A DNA stretch of 64,000 nucleotides, from positions 4,563-68,562 of the forward strand of contig CBFIJH010000010.1 of assembly GCA_965662895.1 (NCBI GenBank). Reading direction: 5' to 3'. The number at the start of each line of letters is the position of its first letter. Position 1 is the first letter of the stretch. This document shows, piece after piece, positions 1 to 10,033 of the stretch. A model generated the notes under the pieces. That model saw only the letters and a program-made list of their open reading frames with translations, searched no databases and was not told where the DNA came from. Origin of the DNA: Candidatus Poseidoniaceae archaeon (GTDB lineage Archaea; Thermoplasmatota; Poseidoniia; Poseidoniales; Poseidoniaceae). The translations under genes were made by a program, and so were the position numbers.

Positions 1-643
1 CGTAGCCCAAAAGGGCGTTGCAAGCCACTACAGCCACCTTTGCGAGAACAGTGACACGAACATGGTGATTCATTTCTCTGCTTCAACGCGTCACGGAGGA
101 GACGATGCCTCTCGGAAAGTGTCGGTCGGTCAAGCCTCCGAAGTTGCCTCGAGAGGCGCGCTCGGTGCATCGGCTCAGGTGAACATCGGCTCAGTCGGTG
201 AAGCAGCAATGTTGGAAGCGATGGGCAAACTCACGACGGAATGCCACCATCTTGAATTGCCTGTCCTTGGGATGGTCTATGCTCGTGGCCCAAATCTCAA
301 CCCAGTCGAGGGAGATGCTACCAATGGTGTTGCACATGCTGCACGCGTCGCATTCGAAATAGGCTGCGACGTCGGAAAGACGACGTGGACCGGCGATGAG
401 GCATCGTTTGCTCAAGTCACATCTGCAGTTCCAATACCTTTGCTTGTTGCAGGTGGAGCGAAAACCAATACGGAGGAGATGCTCATTATGGTCGAGAAGG
501 CGATGCAAAATGGAGCATCAGGAGTATGCATGGGCCGCCAGGTCTTTGCTCACCAATCCCCAGAGTTGGTCGCCAAGGCCCTTGTGATGATCGTCCACCA
601 AGGAAAATCTGCAGAACAGGCGATGAAAGCCGCAGGACTGTGA
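1..643 (+). CDS. aroA': 2-amino-3,7-dideoxy-D-threo-hept-6-ulosonate (ADH) synthase / class I DhnA-type aldolase, 5'-truncated by window edge
   Basis: The translation (MVIHFSAST...GMVYARGPN...LLVAGGAKTNTEEML...GASGVCMGRQVF) follows the archaeal DhnA/ADH-synthase fold pattern. The reading frame stays open to nt 2, so the N-terminus lies outside the window. It sits directly upstream of DHQ synthase II. Confidence 0.7.
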   Translation, partial: VAQKGVASHYSHLCENSDTNMVIHFSASTRHGGDDASRKVSVGQASEVASRGALGASAQVNIGSVGEAAMLEAMGKLTTECHHLELPVLGMVYARGPNLNPVEGDATNGVAHAARVAFEIGCDVGKTTWTGDEASFAQVTSAVPIPLLVAGGAKTNTEEMLIMVEKAMQNGASGVCMGRQVFAHQSPELVAKALVMIVHQGKSAEQAMKAAGL

Positions 644-652
644 GGCGTAGGC

Positions 653-1651
653 ATGGAAGTATGGCTCGATGCGCCGAGGAACAGCGTTCATCATGGTGTT
701 GACAGATTTTTTTCTGTTCACGAAGAGAACGACATTTTTTCGAAAGATGGCGTTTTGTATCGAAACGACGTCACCATCGGCGGCCATGTTCACATCGATT
801 CAGATGCAGCACAGTCCAAAGCTCGTAGTCTTGCTGGAACGGTTGAATGGATTCTGCTCACATTCGAAGATTGGTCGATGATTCCGATTGAAAATGTCAT
901 CGCTGCAGTCGATTCAACACCAACAAAGGTTGCTGCCCAAATCACTCAGCCTATCGAAGCACAAGGTGCTGGTTTTGCATTGGATATCGGTGTTGATGCA
1001 TTGCTCTGCTCAGAAGAATGCCTCGAGGCCGCATTGGTCGTCAAATCACAACGACTTGAGAAGATACAAACGACATCCGTTCGTCCCATGAAGCATCACG
1101 ATTCAATGCATCTTTCAACCATGACAATCGTTGAGATCGAGGAAGGACATTCGGGAGACAGAGTCTGTGTCGATTTATTGTCGCTGTTGAAGAAGGGCGA
1201 AGGGCTCCTCATAGGTTCGACATCCAAATCGTTCGTGATTGTCCATGGGGAGACAATTCCATCGAAATATGTCCCAACTCGGCCATTTCGAGTCAATGCA
1301 GGAAGTGTTGATGCCTACACGTATCTCGCTGATGGTACAACAAAATATCTGTGTGAATTAACATCAGGCGATGAAGTACGCATCATTGGTAGAGGAGGTA
1401 CAACTCGTACAGCCATCATTGGTCGAATGAAGATAGAAAAACGACCATTTCTTCTATTGAGATTCAAAGATGAAAATGCTAATGAAGGTCATGTCTTCAT
1501 TCAGCAAGCGGAGACGGTGCGCTTGATTTTCGGAGATGGTGAAGTCTGTTCTGTTACCGACTTAACGGTCGGTGACCAGATTCTTGGGTTCGCTTCCTCT
1601 ACCACACGCCACGTAGGACAGAGTATCTCAGCCCCGTCTGAGGAGCGTTGA
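653..1651 (+). CDS. aroB': 3-dehydroquinate synthase II (archaeal type)
   Basis: 332 aa. It sits between the ADH synthase and shikimate kinase, and its length and composition fit archaeal DHQ synthase II. It shows no similarity to bacterial AroB. Confidence 0.65.
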   Translation: MEVWLDAPRNSVHHGVDRFFSVHEENDIFSKDGVLYRNDVTIGGHVHIDSDAAQSKARSLAGTVEWILLTFEDWSMIPIENVIAAVDSTPTKVAAQITQPIEAQGAGFALDIGVDALLCSEECLEAALVVKSQRLEKIQTTSVRPMKHHDSMHLSTMTIVEIEEGHSGDRVCVDLLSLLKKGEGLLIGSTSKSFVIVHGETIPSKYVPTRPFRVNAGSVDAYTYLADGTTKYLCELTSGDEVRIIGRGGTTRTAIIGRMKIEKRPFLLLRFKDENANEGHVFIQQAETVRLIFGDGEVCSVTDLTVGDQILGFASSTTRHVGQSISAPSEER

Positions 1652-1654
1652 TGT

Positions 1655-2545
1655 ATGGCAGTTTTGGGCAAAGGCATAGCACACGGAGCTTGCAGCCTTC
1701 TTCACGCTGCGGGAACGGGTTATGGTGCAAGTATGGCGCTTGATTTGCCAATTCTTGTTCGAGTCCTTGATCGGAAAAGCAAACGAGAACTTCACGACAA
1801 AGACGGGGTGCTACCGCACATTGTCGAAGCGTGGAAAAGCGCTGGACACGATTTACCAATCGACGAGGAAGATTTGCACTGGTCTGTGCAATCAAGAATA
1901 CCGCCACGTGAAGGTTTGAAATCCTCATCTGCCCTTTGTGTTGCAGCGGTACGTGCACTCTGTGATGCGACGGACACCGCACTCGAATTGAACGAAATCG
2001 TCGCAATTGCTGTCGATGCTCAACTTCGGGCTGAAATTACACTAACGGGAAGTATTGACGACACCTGGGCGTGCGCAACAGGCGGATGGAAATTGATCAA
2101 TGCGAACGAACCCGACGTCGCTCAAGGCGTCCTGCTTGAGGGTGATGGTCCAAAAGGAGATGAATGGAAAGTACTGGTTGTATCACGTGGACCGAGAGAA
2201 ACACGACCTTCACTTGAAGACTTTCTACCACATCAGCAACAATTTATTCAAGCACTCACTGCAATCCAAGAAGAAAACGAATTGGTTGCTCTGACGCTCA
2301 ATGGCCGAGGCGTCATTGGAGCAACCAAAGACCATCGCGCACGAATTTTAACGAACGATGCGCTCGTCAATGGTGCTCGTGCAGCAGGCATCAGCGGCTC
2401 TGGAACTGCAATTATTATCGTCATACCGATTCAGTTGGAAGGTGTCATTCAACGAATAAAATCATGGTACACAAGCAAGCATCCTGAGTTTAATATTCTC
2501 GAAACACGATTCATCAACCCTGAGAAGATCGACTCCGAGGAGTAA
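1655..2545 (+). CDS. aroK: shikimate kinase, GHMP-kinase (archaeal) type
   Basis: 296 aa. The N-terminal GIAHGACSLLHAAGTGYGASMALDL and the SSALCVAAVRAL GHMP-kinase glycine/serine loop are present. The aro operon context supports the call. Confidence 0.7.
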   Translation: MAVLGKGIAHGACSLLHAAGTGYGASMALDLPILVRVLDRKSKRELHDKDGVLPHIVEAWKSAGHDLPIDEEDLHWSVQSRIPPREGLKSSSALCVAAVRALCDATDTALELNEIVAIAVDAQLRAEITLTGSIDDTWACATGGWKLINANEPDVAQGVLLEGDGPKGDEWKVLVVSRGPRETRPSLEDFLPHQQQFIQALTAIQEENELVALTLNGRGVIGATKDHRARILTNDALVNGARAAGISGSGTAIIIVIPIQLEGVIQRIKSWYTSKHPEFNILETRFINPEKIDSEE

Positions 2546-2595
2546 GGCTCAAGTTCTTGAACGCGTGTTGCGTGGTCTGGTTGAGCCCAATGAAG

Positions 2596-3663
2596 ATGCG
2601 CCTTGGCGAAACCTTGTCCATCACTCTGTTTGGGGAGAGCCATGGACACTTGGTTGGAGCACTTTTGGAAGGTGTTCCTGCTGGTCTTCAAATTGATGAA
2701 GAACGTATTGCTAAGCGCATGTTGACACGGCGACCAGGCGGCCACTTTGCCAGCAAACGTAAGGAGGATGACAAGGTCGAACTTCTTACTGGAGTTCACC
2801 AAGGATTCGCTACAGGCCAACCAATTTTAATCCAAATCCGGAACAAAGACGCTCGTACAAGCGACTACAGTTTCATTCCAAATCATCCTCGCCCGGGCCA
2901 TCAAGATCTGCTCATGCACCTTCGAACAGGCGGATTCGCCGATTTACGAGGAGGTGGTACCTCATCCGCCCGCCTTACAGCAGGAATCGTTGCTGCTGCT
3001 GCCATTGTTGAGCCCCTTCTTGGTGAGATTCAAATCGATGCCCACGTCGGAGCAATCGGCCCTGTTGAATCTGCACGGATCGATGAATGCCCAAAGGAGT
3101 GGTCGAACGAACTTTGTGAGCAACTCCGTTGCAGAGATCCTACCGTTGTTGAAGCAATGAAGGAGCACATTGAGACCGTTCGTAAACAAAGGAATTCAAC
3201 GGGGAGTAGGGTTGACGTTTTGATTTCGAATTTGCCACATGGCATAGGTGAGCCATGGTTTGACGGTCTCGAACCTGCTCTTGGCCGAGCGTATCTATCC
3301 ATCCCTGCATCGAGAGGTGTAGCCTTCGGGAATGGTTTTGAAGCCGTAAAAATGACCGGATTGGAACACAACAACCCGTGGACTGGAACACCCGAAACGC
3401 CTCTGCAAGGTGGAGAACGACCGGATGGAAGCATCGCTGGTCTATCTTCAGGTTCACCCCTTTACGTACAAATCGCGCTAAAACCGCCATCAAGCATCGC
3501 ACATGAGCAAACCACGCTGGATTTGAATGATGGTCAACAAAAACCCCTTGTCGTTAAGGGACGGCACGACCCAGTTCTGGGTCCAAGAGCGGTGAGCGTT
3601 GCACGAGCCATGACCACTCTGGTTCTATCCGATCTTCTCCTCAGGAAACGTGATGCGCTTTGA
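2596..3663 (+). CDS. aroC: chorismate synthase
   Basis: The N-terminal MRLGETLSITLFGESHG signature is present, and the length (~355 aa) fits. The start could also be the ATG at 2590; the ORF track begins at 2557. Confidence 0.85.
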   Translation: MRLGETLSITLFGESHGHLVGALLEGVPAGLQIDEERIAKRMLTRRPGGHFASKRKEDDKVELLTGVHQGFATGQPILIQIRNKDARTSDYSFIPNHPRPGHQDLLMHLRTGGFADLRGGGTSSARLTAGIVAAAAIVEPLLGEIQIDAHVGAIGPVESARIDECPKEWSNELCEQLRCRDPTVVEAMKEHIETVRKQRNSTGSRVDVLISNLPHGIGEPWFDGLEPALGRAYLSIPASRGVAFGNGFEAVKMTGLEHNNPWTGTPETPLQGGERPDGSIAGLSSGSPLYVQIALKPPSSIAHEQTTLDLNDGQQKPLVVKGRHDPVLGPRAVSVARAMTTLVLSDLLLRKRDAL

Positions 3664-4982
3664 GTCGTCGTATCGTCCACAAATTTGGAGGCTCATGCCT
3701 TCGTGAACCGGATGATATTGAAAAAATTGCAGAAGTCATACGCGGCAACGATCAGGCCATCCTCGTTGTATCTGCACTTTGGGGAACGACGGACCGTTTG
3801 TATCGCGCAGCCAAGGACCCTCGTTATGCAAGCCGTTTAGTGCAAGATTTGTCAAAACAGCATCTTCGCTTCGCACCAGGTCTTGATAATTCGAAGAATG
3901 CGCATCTCTTCTCAATGGTCCTCCACAATCTGAAGGAAGCATTACGTATGCTTGCACAGCATCCAGAAGATCAATCTGCTCTGAACAATCTCCTAGCCTC
4001 TGGAGAGCGATTGAGTGCACTCGTTGTCGCTCACCGGTTGCAAGAATATGGGTACGATGCCTACCCTCTTGGTGCTGAAGATATTGGTATTACGTTGGAA
4101 GGAATCTTTGAAGCAAATCACGTCGATTTACAGGCTTCAAGCACCAAACTTAACCGAGATACACTCCACGGCACACCGGTCATAACAGGGTGGTTTGGTG
4201 AGGGCCAAAATAAGGACATTGCAATCCTCAGTCGAGGGGGATCCGACCATTCAGCCACGGCAATTGCGCACCTCATTGAAGCTGAACGAGTCATCCTCTG
4301 GAAAGATGTTCCTGGTATTTTTCGATTGAATCCTCGATGGGGCGTACGTTCCGATACACTGGCCTACCTCACATATCAGGAAGCGATTGAGCTCTCATTG
4401 ATGGACACACCCGTATTGCACCCCTCAACCATTGAACCTTTGATTGAACCTCGAATTCAGATGGAAGTGCGACACCTGTACGATGCAAACAATGAGCAAA
4501 AAACCATCATCGGACCAGAGATTCATGAAAATCAATTGAAAGCAGTCGGTTGCCTACCGAACGTCATTAGTCTGGGATTTTCACATCATCACGTTGATGC
4601 GCATCAACGCCAACTCGTGAAAATACTCGGTGAAATGGCACAGAATGAAGTTCACTGGTGGGGATTGGAGTCAAGAATGGGAGACTCAAGACTGATCGTT
4701 TCACAACATGACATTCATCGTGCATCCTCAATTTTCGATCGATTTGGAATCGAAGCAAATCATCACCATCACCTTGGCCTTTTGTCGCTTATTGGTTGCA
4801 AAGAGAGCGATATGGGTGAAATCGACGCATTGTTCGAATCCACTGATTACGAACTCAGCTGGCTGAACAAAACAAATTCAGCTGCTCGGGTAGCCATCGA
4901 CGGGGAGGACTTGAGTCAAGCCTTGCAGATTTTGCATAGGTTCATTCTCGAAAAAACAGAGATTTTCATTCAAGAAAACTGA
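3660..4982 (+). CDS. aspartate kinase (amino-acid kinase fold plus C-terminal ACT-like regulatory region)
   Basis: The N-terminal IVHKFGGSCL matches the aspartokinase K-F-G-G-S motif. At 440 aa it has a C-terminal region compatible with ACT domains. The apparent start is TTG, overlapping the aroC stop by 4 nt, so the start is uncertain. Confidence 0.65.
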   Translation: MSRRIVHKFGGSCLREPDDIEKIAEVIRGNDQAILVVSALWGTTDRLYRAAKDPRYASRLVQDLSKQHLRFAPGLDNSKNAHLFSMVLHNLKEALRMLAQHPEDQSALNNLLASGERLSALVVAHRLQEYGYDAYPLGAEDIGITLEGIFEANHVDLQASSTKLNRDTLHGTPVITGWFGEGQNKDIAILSRGGSDHSATAIAHLIEAERVILWKDVPGIFRLNPRWGVRSDTLAYLTYQEAIELSLMDTPVLHPSTIEPLIEPRIQMEVRHLYDANNEQKTIIGPEIHENQLKAVGCLPNVISLGFSHHHVDAHQRQLVKILGEMAQNEVHWWGLESRMGDSRLIVSQHDIHRASSIFDRFGIEANHHHHLGLLSLIGCKESDMGEIDALFESTDYELSWLNKTNSAARVAIDGEDLSQALQILHRFILEKTEIFIQEN

Positions 4983-4984
4983 GA

Positions 4985-5905
4985 TCACTCATCGTTTCCT
5001 TCACGACGCTTTTGGATGTATGTTGGAAGGTCCAAAGCAAACAAACCGCCTACGACAATAAAGACAAACAGTGTTCCAAGGGCGACTCCGTAGACCGATC
5101 CGAGTTCAACCGATTCACTGAGACGGGTCGCAGTATCTTCGGATAGGATACCAACAATCCATGGCAAAATCGTATTTGCTGAAAGTACAAGCGTAGCCAA
5201 AATTGTCGCAACAACAGGATTGACAATCAAGGAACGATGGTATTTTCCAACAATCTTTTTTGGATTCATGACATAAACCTCGTTGGTGCGAATGCTCGTA
5301 TCCAGCATCGAGTAACGGAGCACACCATTTGATAATTCGAAATACATGATGAGGAGTACGGAGTAAATGACAACCAGTGAGGCGAGAATTGTCGGGCTAT
5401 CAGCGAGACCAAAGAGGTCATTAACACTGGTTTTTGATGATGCAAATCGCATGATTGCGAGGATAAACAGCACATAGGAGCCAAGCATATAACGAGCATC
5501 ACGTTGGTAGGCCCCCCAGAAACCAAGGCCAGTCGCCCCGATGATAATTCCAATCTGGAACAACAGGGCAAGGTCTGCACTACCGAGAAGCATGAACCAA
5601 ATCGTTCCTTCAGGGGGCGAGATGATGTAGGTGAGAAGTGCAAGTCCGACGAGGATGACGTAAACACCGAGTTGCATGTTCTGAACGAACTTGTCCGGAG
5701 GAAGGAACTTCATCTTTGGAACAATCGGTCCACCGATGAGGCTTTCAATGAAGGAAGGCATTTCCAATTCAGGAATCGCATCTTTCGGAATTTCGGAGCC
5801 AATACCGGCTTGCCCTGCGATTTTCTTCCGGCTTGGAGCAGATGATCGAACCACTTTACCGTCGTAGAGATGCGCAGTGTCTGAGGATGGTTTTCGCATT
5901 GTCAT
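4985..5905 (-). CDS. hypothetical polytopic membrane protein (distal gene of MoxR/DUF58 operon)
   Basis: 306 aa with several hydrophobic helices. It lies immediately downstream of the DUF58 gene on the same strand. I recognise no family. Confidence 0.5.
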   Translation of the reverse strand: MTMRKPSSDTAHLYDGKVVRSSAPSRKKIAGQAGIGSEIPKDAIPELEMPSFIESLIGGPIVPKMKFLPPDKFVQNMQLGVYVILVGLALLTYIISPPEGTIWFMLLGSADLALLFQIGIIIGATGLGFWGAYQRDARYMLGSYVLFILAIMRFASSKTSVNDLFGLADSPTILASLVVIYSVLLIMYFELSNGVLRYSMLDTSIRTNEVYVMNPKKIVGKYHRSLIVNPVVATILATLVLSANTILPWIVGILSEDTATRLSESVELGSVYGVALGTLFVFIVVGGLFALDLPTYIQKRREGNDE

Positions 5906-5914
5906 CGTCTCACC

Positions 5915-7228
5915 TCAGAATCCTCGTGCACCCGCGAGTGCTGTTGAAAGGAGCATATCAGGCTCCCAATCCATAATGTTGACACCAAGTCCACGAAGTT
6001 CACCAATCAGGACATCACGTTCTGTCTTCATCACTTCGTATCCAGTTCGATCGAGACGCTTTGCATCAAATTCGAACTCAAGCGATGATGGTGTGAGAAC
6101 GGTAACGTCGAAATCACGTGCACGGAAATCTCTCAAGGCGTTGACGATGGTTGGGTCATCTTCGAGATTGGACAAGAAGATGATTGGGCTACCCTTGTTG
6201 ATGTGAGGTAGGATTCGATTAACAACGACTTGAAGTGGAATGTTTCCACGTGCTACAGCCCCAGCAAGTTTGGTGAGGATGACGTAGAGTTGCTTCTTGC
6301 CTGTGTCTCTGTCGACGCTTACGACTTCATCACCGTACACAACCACTCCGACAGAGTCGCGTCGACCCAAGAAGTACTTGGCAAGTGAGGCAGCTGCCCG
6401 AGTTGAATACACCAACGCATTTCTACTGACTGGTCCGGTTTCACTGACAGCTCGAGAATCGATGATAATGATAACATCGGATACAGCGTCGCGTTCACGC
6501 TCGTTGACCATCAGTTTACCCGAACGTGCATATGCACTCCAGTTGATGGCGCGGAACGAATCGCCTTCGAAATACTCTCGGAGCGAATAGAACTCCGAAC
6601 CAGGACCAGGTTGTCGGATGTTGACCGCACCAGTGAAAATCTTCGGCACACGAGACTTAACGAAGGTCTCTTTGAGATCCTCCATCTTCGGGAACACAAG
6701 GAAATCGTTGTAGACATGCATTTCCTTTTCCTTGTGGAACAATCCAAATGGGTCTTGTATTCGTACAGCAACAGGACCTACGCTATAGAAACCTCGAAGG
6801 GGACACTCAAGCGTGTATTCGATGTAGGTCTCGCGACGAGGACCAAGTTCCATCAAAATGTAGTTGGAACCTTCCTTGATTCGCATGACTTCTGGAACGC
6901 GATCTCGAACTTCGAGAATCTTCGCAAGGCCAGAATTATTCTGCATACGTAACGTTACCGTCAATTCACCGTCTTCGAAGATGCGTGAACCTGAGAGCTT
7001 GCGCATGGCGAGAACGCTGCCTAAGGCAACCCCTTCTTCACCTGTCCACTCATCGGCTCGTCGTCCGCTGGAGGCGACGTCAGCATGGCCACCAAACAAG
7101 GCAGCCCATGTCAGGAAGACAAAGATCACAACAGCAATTGTGACCAATTGTGAATTCCTGAGCGTTAGGCCGAGAAGATACATGGCAACCGCCATGCTTC
7201 CTAGCATTGCTGATTTACGACTCCACAT
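5915..7228 (-). CDS. DUF58-family protein (vWA-like, MoxR partner)
   Basis: The DUF58 hallmark (FYSLREYFEGDSFRAINWSAYARSGKLMVNERERD) is present. An N-terminal TM segment is present, and the gene sits directly downstream of the MoxR ATPase. Confidence 0.8.
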   Translation of the reverse strand: MWSRKSAMLGSMAVAMYLLGLTLRNSQLVTIAVVIFVFLTWAALFGGHADVASSGRRADEWTGEEGVALGSVLAMRKLSGSRIFEDGELTVTLRMQNNSGLAKILEVRDRVPEVMRIKEGSNYILMELGPRRETYIEYTLECPLRGFYSVGPVAVRIQDPFGLFHKEKEMHVYNDFLVFPKMEDLKETFVKSRVPKIFTGAVNIRQPGPGSEFYSLREYFEGDSFRAINWSAYARSGKLMVNERERDAVSDVIIIIDSRAVSETGPVSRNALVYSTRAAASLAKYFLGRRDSVGVVVYGDEVVSVDRDTGKKQLYVILTKLAGAVARGNIPLQVVVNRILPHINKGSPIIFLSNLEDDPTIVNALRDFRARDFDVTVLTPSSLEFEFDAKRLDRTGYEVMKTERDVLIGELRGLGVNIMDWEPDMLLSTALAGARGF

Positions 7229-7264
7229 CCGTGAACACCTCTATTCAAGTATGATTCAACGATC

Positions 7265-8413
7265 TCAAACGGTAGGTACTGGAACTTCTCGTAGAATGCT
7301 TTGCATAACTTCGCCAGCCTCGAGACCCTTGATTTGGTGCTCAGGCTTGAGGATGATTCTGTGTGCAATCGCAAGTTCTGCAACCGACTTGATGTCATCA
7401 GGCGTCACAAAGTCACGACCGCGCATTGCGGCTGCTGCACGACCAGTCTTGAGCAATGCTTGGGAACCACGAGGCGAGGAGCCAACAAGAACACGAGGAT
7501 CTTCACGGGTGCGAGCAACGACTTCAACCATGTACATGCGAAGGGCAGGATCGACGTAGATGTCTTCACAAGCCTGTTGCATAGCGATAACACGTTGTGG
7601 GTCGGTAATAACGTCAACATCGACGGCGTCCTTACCACGTGTGATACGTCGAGCGAGAATCTCGTCTTCATCAGCACGGTCTGGGTAACCGACACTCATC
7701 TTGAACATGAAACGGTCAAGTTGAGCTTCAGGAAGTGGGTAGGTACCCTCTTGCTCGACTGGGTTCTGTGTTGCCATAACAATGAACGGAGCAGGGAGTT
7801 TGTGCGTAACGGTACCGATGGTCACTTGCTTCTCTTGCATAGCCTCAAGCAATGCAGCTTGTGTCTTTGGCGGTGCACGGTTAATCTCGTCAGCGAGAAG
7901 TAGGTTACAGAACAACGGTCCTGGCTTGAACGTAAATTCACCCTTCTTTGCATCGTAGATGTTGGTACCAGTAATGTCGGCAGGGAGCAAGTCAGGCGTG
8001 AATTGAACACGCTTGAAGTCACAACCGAGCGCGTCAGCGAACGTATTGGTCATCAATGTCTTCGCCAATCCAGGATAATCTTCGAAGAGAAGGTTACCGT
8101 TGGAGAGAATATTGATGAGAACGTTGTCGATGACGTGGCTCTTACCGATAATGACTTTCTGAACCTCAGCGCTGATCGCTTGTGCGATGGCGCCGACGGC
8201 GGAAAGTCGCTCACGGACTTCTGGGGTGCTTTGGTGCTTCGGCTGGGCCGGAGCGGCCGGTGCTGCAGGAGCGGCAGGCGCTGCTGGTGCTGCAGGTGCT
8301 ACAGGTGCGGCTGGTGCCGCAGGCATAGGTGCTGCAGGTGCAGGTGGCGCTGGTGCCGCTGGCGCTGCTGGCGCTGGCGCGGGCGGGGCTGCTGGTGGTG
8401 CGGGGGGTTGCAT
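7265..8413 (-). CDS. MoxR-like AAA+ ATPase with N-terminal Pro/Ala-rich low-complexity extension
   Basis: The MoxR core is clear: GKSHVIDNVLINILSNGNLLFEDYPGLAKT (Walker A-like), LLADEINRAPPKTQAALLEAMQE (Walker B / sensor) and a C-terminal lid. The first ~56 aa are (PA)n repeats. Confidence 0.9.
   Translation of the reverse strand: MQPPAPPAAPPAPAPAAPAAPAPPAPAAPMPAAPAAPVAPAAPAAPAAPAAPAAPAQPKHQSTPEVRERLSAVGAIAQAISAEVQKVIIGKSHVIDNVLINILSNGNLLFEDYPGLAKTLMTNTFADALGCDFKRVQFTPDLLPADITGTNIYDAKKGEFTFKPGPLFCNLLLADEINRAPPKTQAALLEAMQEKQVTIGTVTHKLPAPFIVMATQNPVEQEGTYPLPEAQLDRFMFKMSVGYPDRADEDEILARRITRGKDAVDVDVITDPQRVIAMQQACEDIYVDPALRMYMVEVVARTREDPRVLVGSSPRGSQALLKTGRAAAAMRGRDFVTPDDIKSVAELAIAHRIILKPEHQIKGLEAGEVMQSILREVPVPTV
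8245..8413 (-). repeat. tandem GCTGCAGGTGC-like repeats encoding the (Pro-Ala)n N-terminus of MoxR
   Basis: gctgcaggtgc / gcaggcgctgc units repeat across roughly 8240..8410. The antisense frames give artefactual Gly-Ala- and Cys/Arg/Trp-rich ORFs. Confidence 0.85.
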
Positions 8414-8434
8414 GTCATTTTCCTCCTTTTTTCT

Positions 8435-10033
8435 TCAGTTTCCCCAACGACGAATCAATGGGATAATGTCCCGTAGTTCTTCGTTGGAATAAGATCTTGC
8501 CGAACTTACAAGTTCGACAAGGCGTGGGTCACGAACCATCTGCATGATTTCAGCAGGGGTCTTTCGGGCGAATTCGTCCCGTGTGAGGTCGTTGAATTGC
8601 CGAACCTTTGAGAGAAAGGCCTCTCTGGTTCGGACTTGGTACAATGAACTGTCAACTTTGTTTGGACGTTCACGGAATCGGGTCAAATCAAAGACATGGC
8701 GCCAATTCTCCTTTTCTGGAACGACCATAATGGCGATAGCGAGGAGGGCAAACAAGTTGAGAATGATCAACCACTTGAGGTATGCGTCACTTGTCAAAAG
8801 AACGACTGCTCCAATGGCTTCTGTAAAGGGTTGTGTTGCAACGCTTGATATGTGGCGGCTTTCATCGAAAACGATGTTGAATTCATCGGTGTTTCTTGTA
8901 ATTTGGAGCGACAATTCATCGTTGTCGAATTCCATCATATCCCGAATAAGCGCTCGGAAATACAGCTGGTTTCCTCTCCAAGCAGTGTCGCCTTGAGCAG
9001 CAAGGAGACCGTCAGGATCTGAATTCCAGCAGGTGTGGCCGTTTTCTTGGTACAGGTCAGAACCACACTGTTGTTTTCCAGTCAAATCTGCATCTCCAGC
9101 ATCCCAGAGGTGGTTGGCGAAGACGGAATGGTCTGAGACAAACACAATGCTTCCGGTAACAGAAACTTCTCCGTTGTTACCGTCGGACTTGGTATCGTAT
9201 GCTTCGATGTTTGGATAATCAATTCGAACGATGAGGTCTGTTTTTCCTGTCTTTGGATTTGCGACGTTGTTGATGTCGAATCCAGAACGGGCAACGAAGG
9301 CTTGATCGCTTGCAGAGGCAAGGACATTGACGTCTCGTGTATCGTCTTCAATGTCCAGAACTTGAATGGCGGTTGGTGAGTGGAAAAGAACGGGCATCCG
9401 GCAGTTGTCGGTGACGCCTGAGGAGACCTCAGCCTCCGTACACGGTGTTCTTAGCGATGCCTCGTCCATGACATCGATATCTTCGCTTACTGATGCAACG
9501 GACCACAAGCGGGTTTCTTGCGGAGCGAGGCGAGCGCCGGTTTCATCGGTAACTTCGTAGAACCATTTTCCATCAGAAACCGGTGCATCGAAGTACAAGA
9601 CGCCGAATTCTTCTGCGACTCGCTTGGCATTGGTTGAATTTGCTGCAAGAATGACTTTACCGCCTTTTTCGGTGACGAAGTCATGAATGGCTTGTGCCTC
9701 AGCGGCATCGAATGGTTTCTCCGGTGCGGCGATAATTAGCATGGTTCGGTGAGGGTCTTGCCAATCGTTGACAAGCATCGGTGTCGACATTGTGTTGTAG
9801 ATTGAATATTTCTCTCCGGTTTTCCCATCTTCGCTTTCTCCAAGCGTGTCTCGCATTTTCGAAAGTTGCTGATACTGATAGTCTCCATCAGCATCTCGAA
9901 CGTACGGGGAAAAGACTGTTTCCTTGGATGAGGAAGCAAGAACAATGAGAACAGTTGAGAGGAGAATCGATACGACCAAACCCACCATGAGTTTCTTTTC
10001 AACAGAGAGTTTTGTTTTCTCTGTTTCAGCCAT
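8435..10033 (-). CDS. large membrane-anchored protein of MoxR operon (DUF4350-like: N-terminal TM, big extracytoplasmic domain, C-terminal TM)
   Basis: 532 aa. There is an N-terminal TM (LMVGLVVSILLSTVLIVLA) and a C-terminal TM (WLIILNLFALLAIAIMVV). Its position upstream of MoxR resembles DUF4350-type partners. The family call is tentative. Confidence 0.45.
   Translation of the reverse strand: MAETEKTKLSVEKKLMVGLVVSILLSTVLIVLASSSKETVFSPYVRDADGDYQYQQLSKMRDTLGESEDGKTGEKYSIYNTMSTPMLVNDWQDPHRTMLIIAAPEKPFDAAEAQAIHDFVTEKGGKVILAANSTNAKRVAEEFGVLYFDAPVSDGKWFYEVTDETGARLAPQETRLWSVASVSEDIDVMDEASLRTPCTEAEVSSGVTDNCRMPVLFHSPTAIQVLDIEDDTRDVNVLASASDQAFVARSGFDINNVANPKTGKTDLIVRIDYPNIEAYDTKSDGNNGEVSVTGSIVFVSDHSVFANHLWDAGDADLTGKQQCGSDLYQENGHTCWNSDPDGLLAAQGDTAWRGNQLYFRALIRDMMEFDNDELSLQITRNTDEFNIVFDESRHISSVATQPFTEAIGAVVLLTSDAYLKWLIILNLFALLAIAIMVVPEKENWRHVFDLTRFRERPNKVDSSLYQVRTREAFLSKVRQFNDLTRDEFARKTPAEIMQMVRDPRLVELVSSARSYSNEELRDIIPLIRRWGN

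Noticed and set aside
8003-8492. Plus-strand ORFs encoding a Cys/Arg/Trp-rich peptide and a (GAAGAAG)n Gly-Ala peptide
   Set aside because: They are antisense translations of the MoxR (Pro-Ala)n repeat DNA, so they are low-complexity artefacts.
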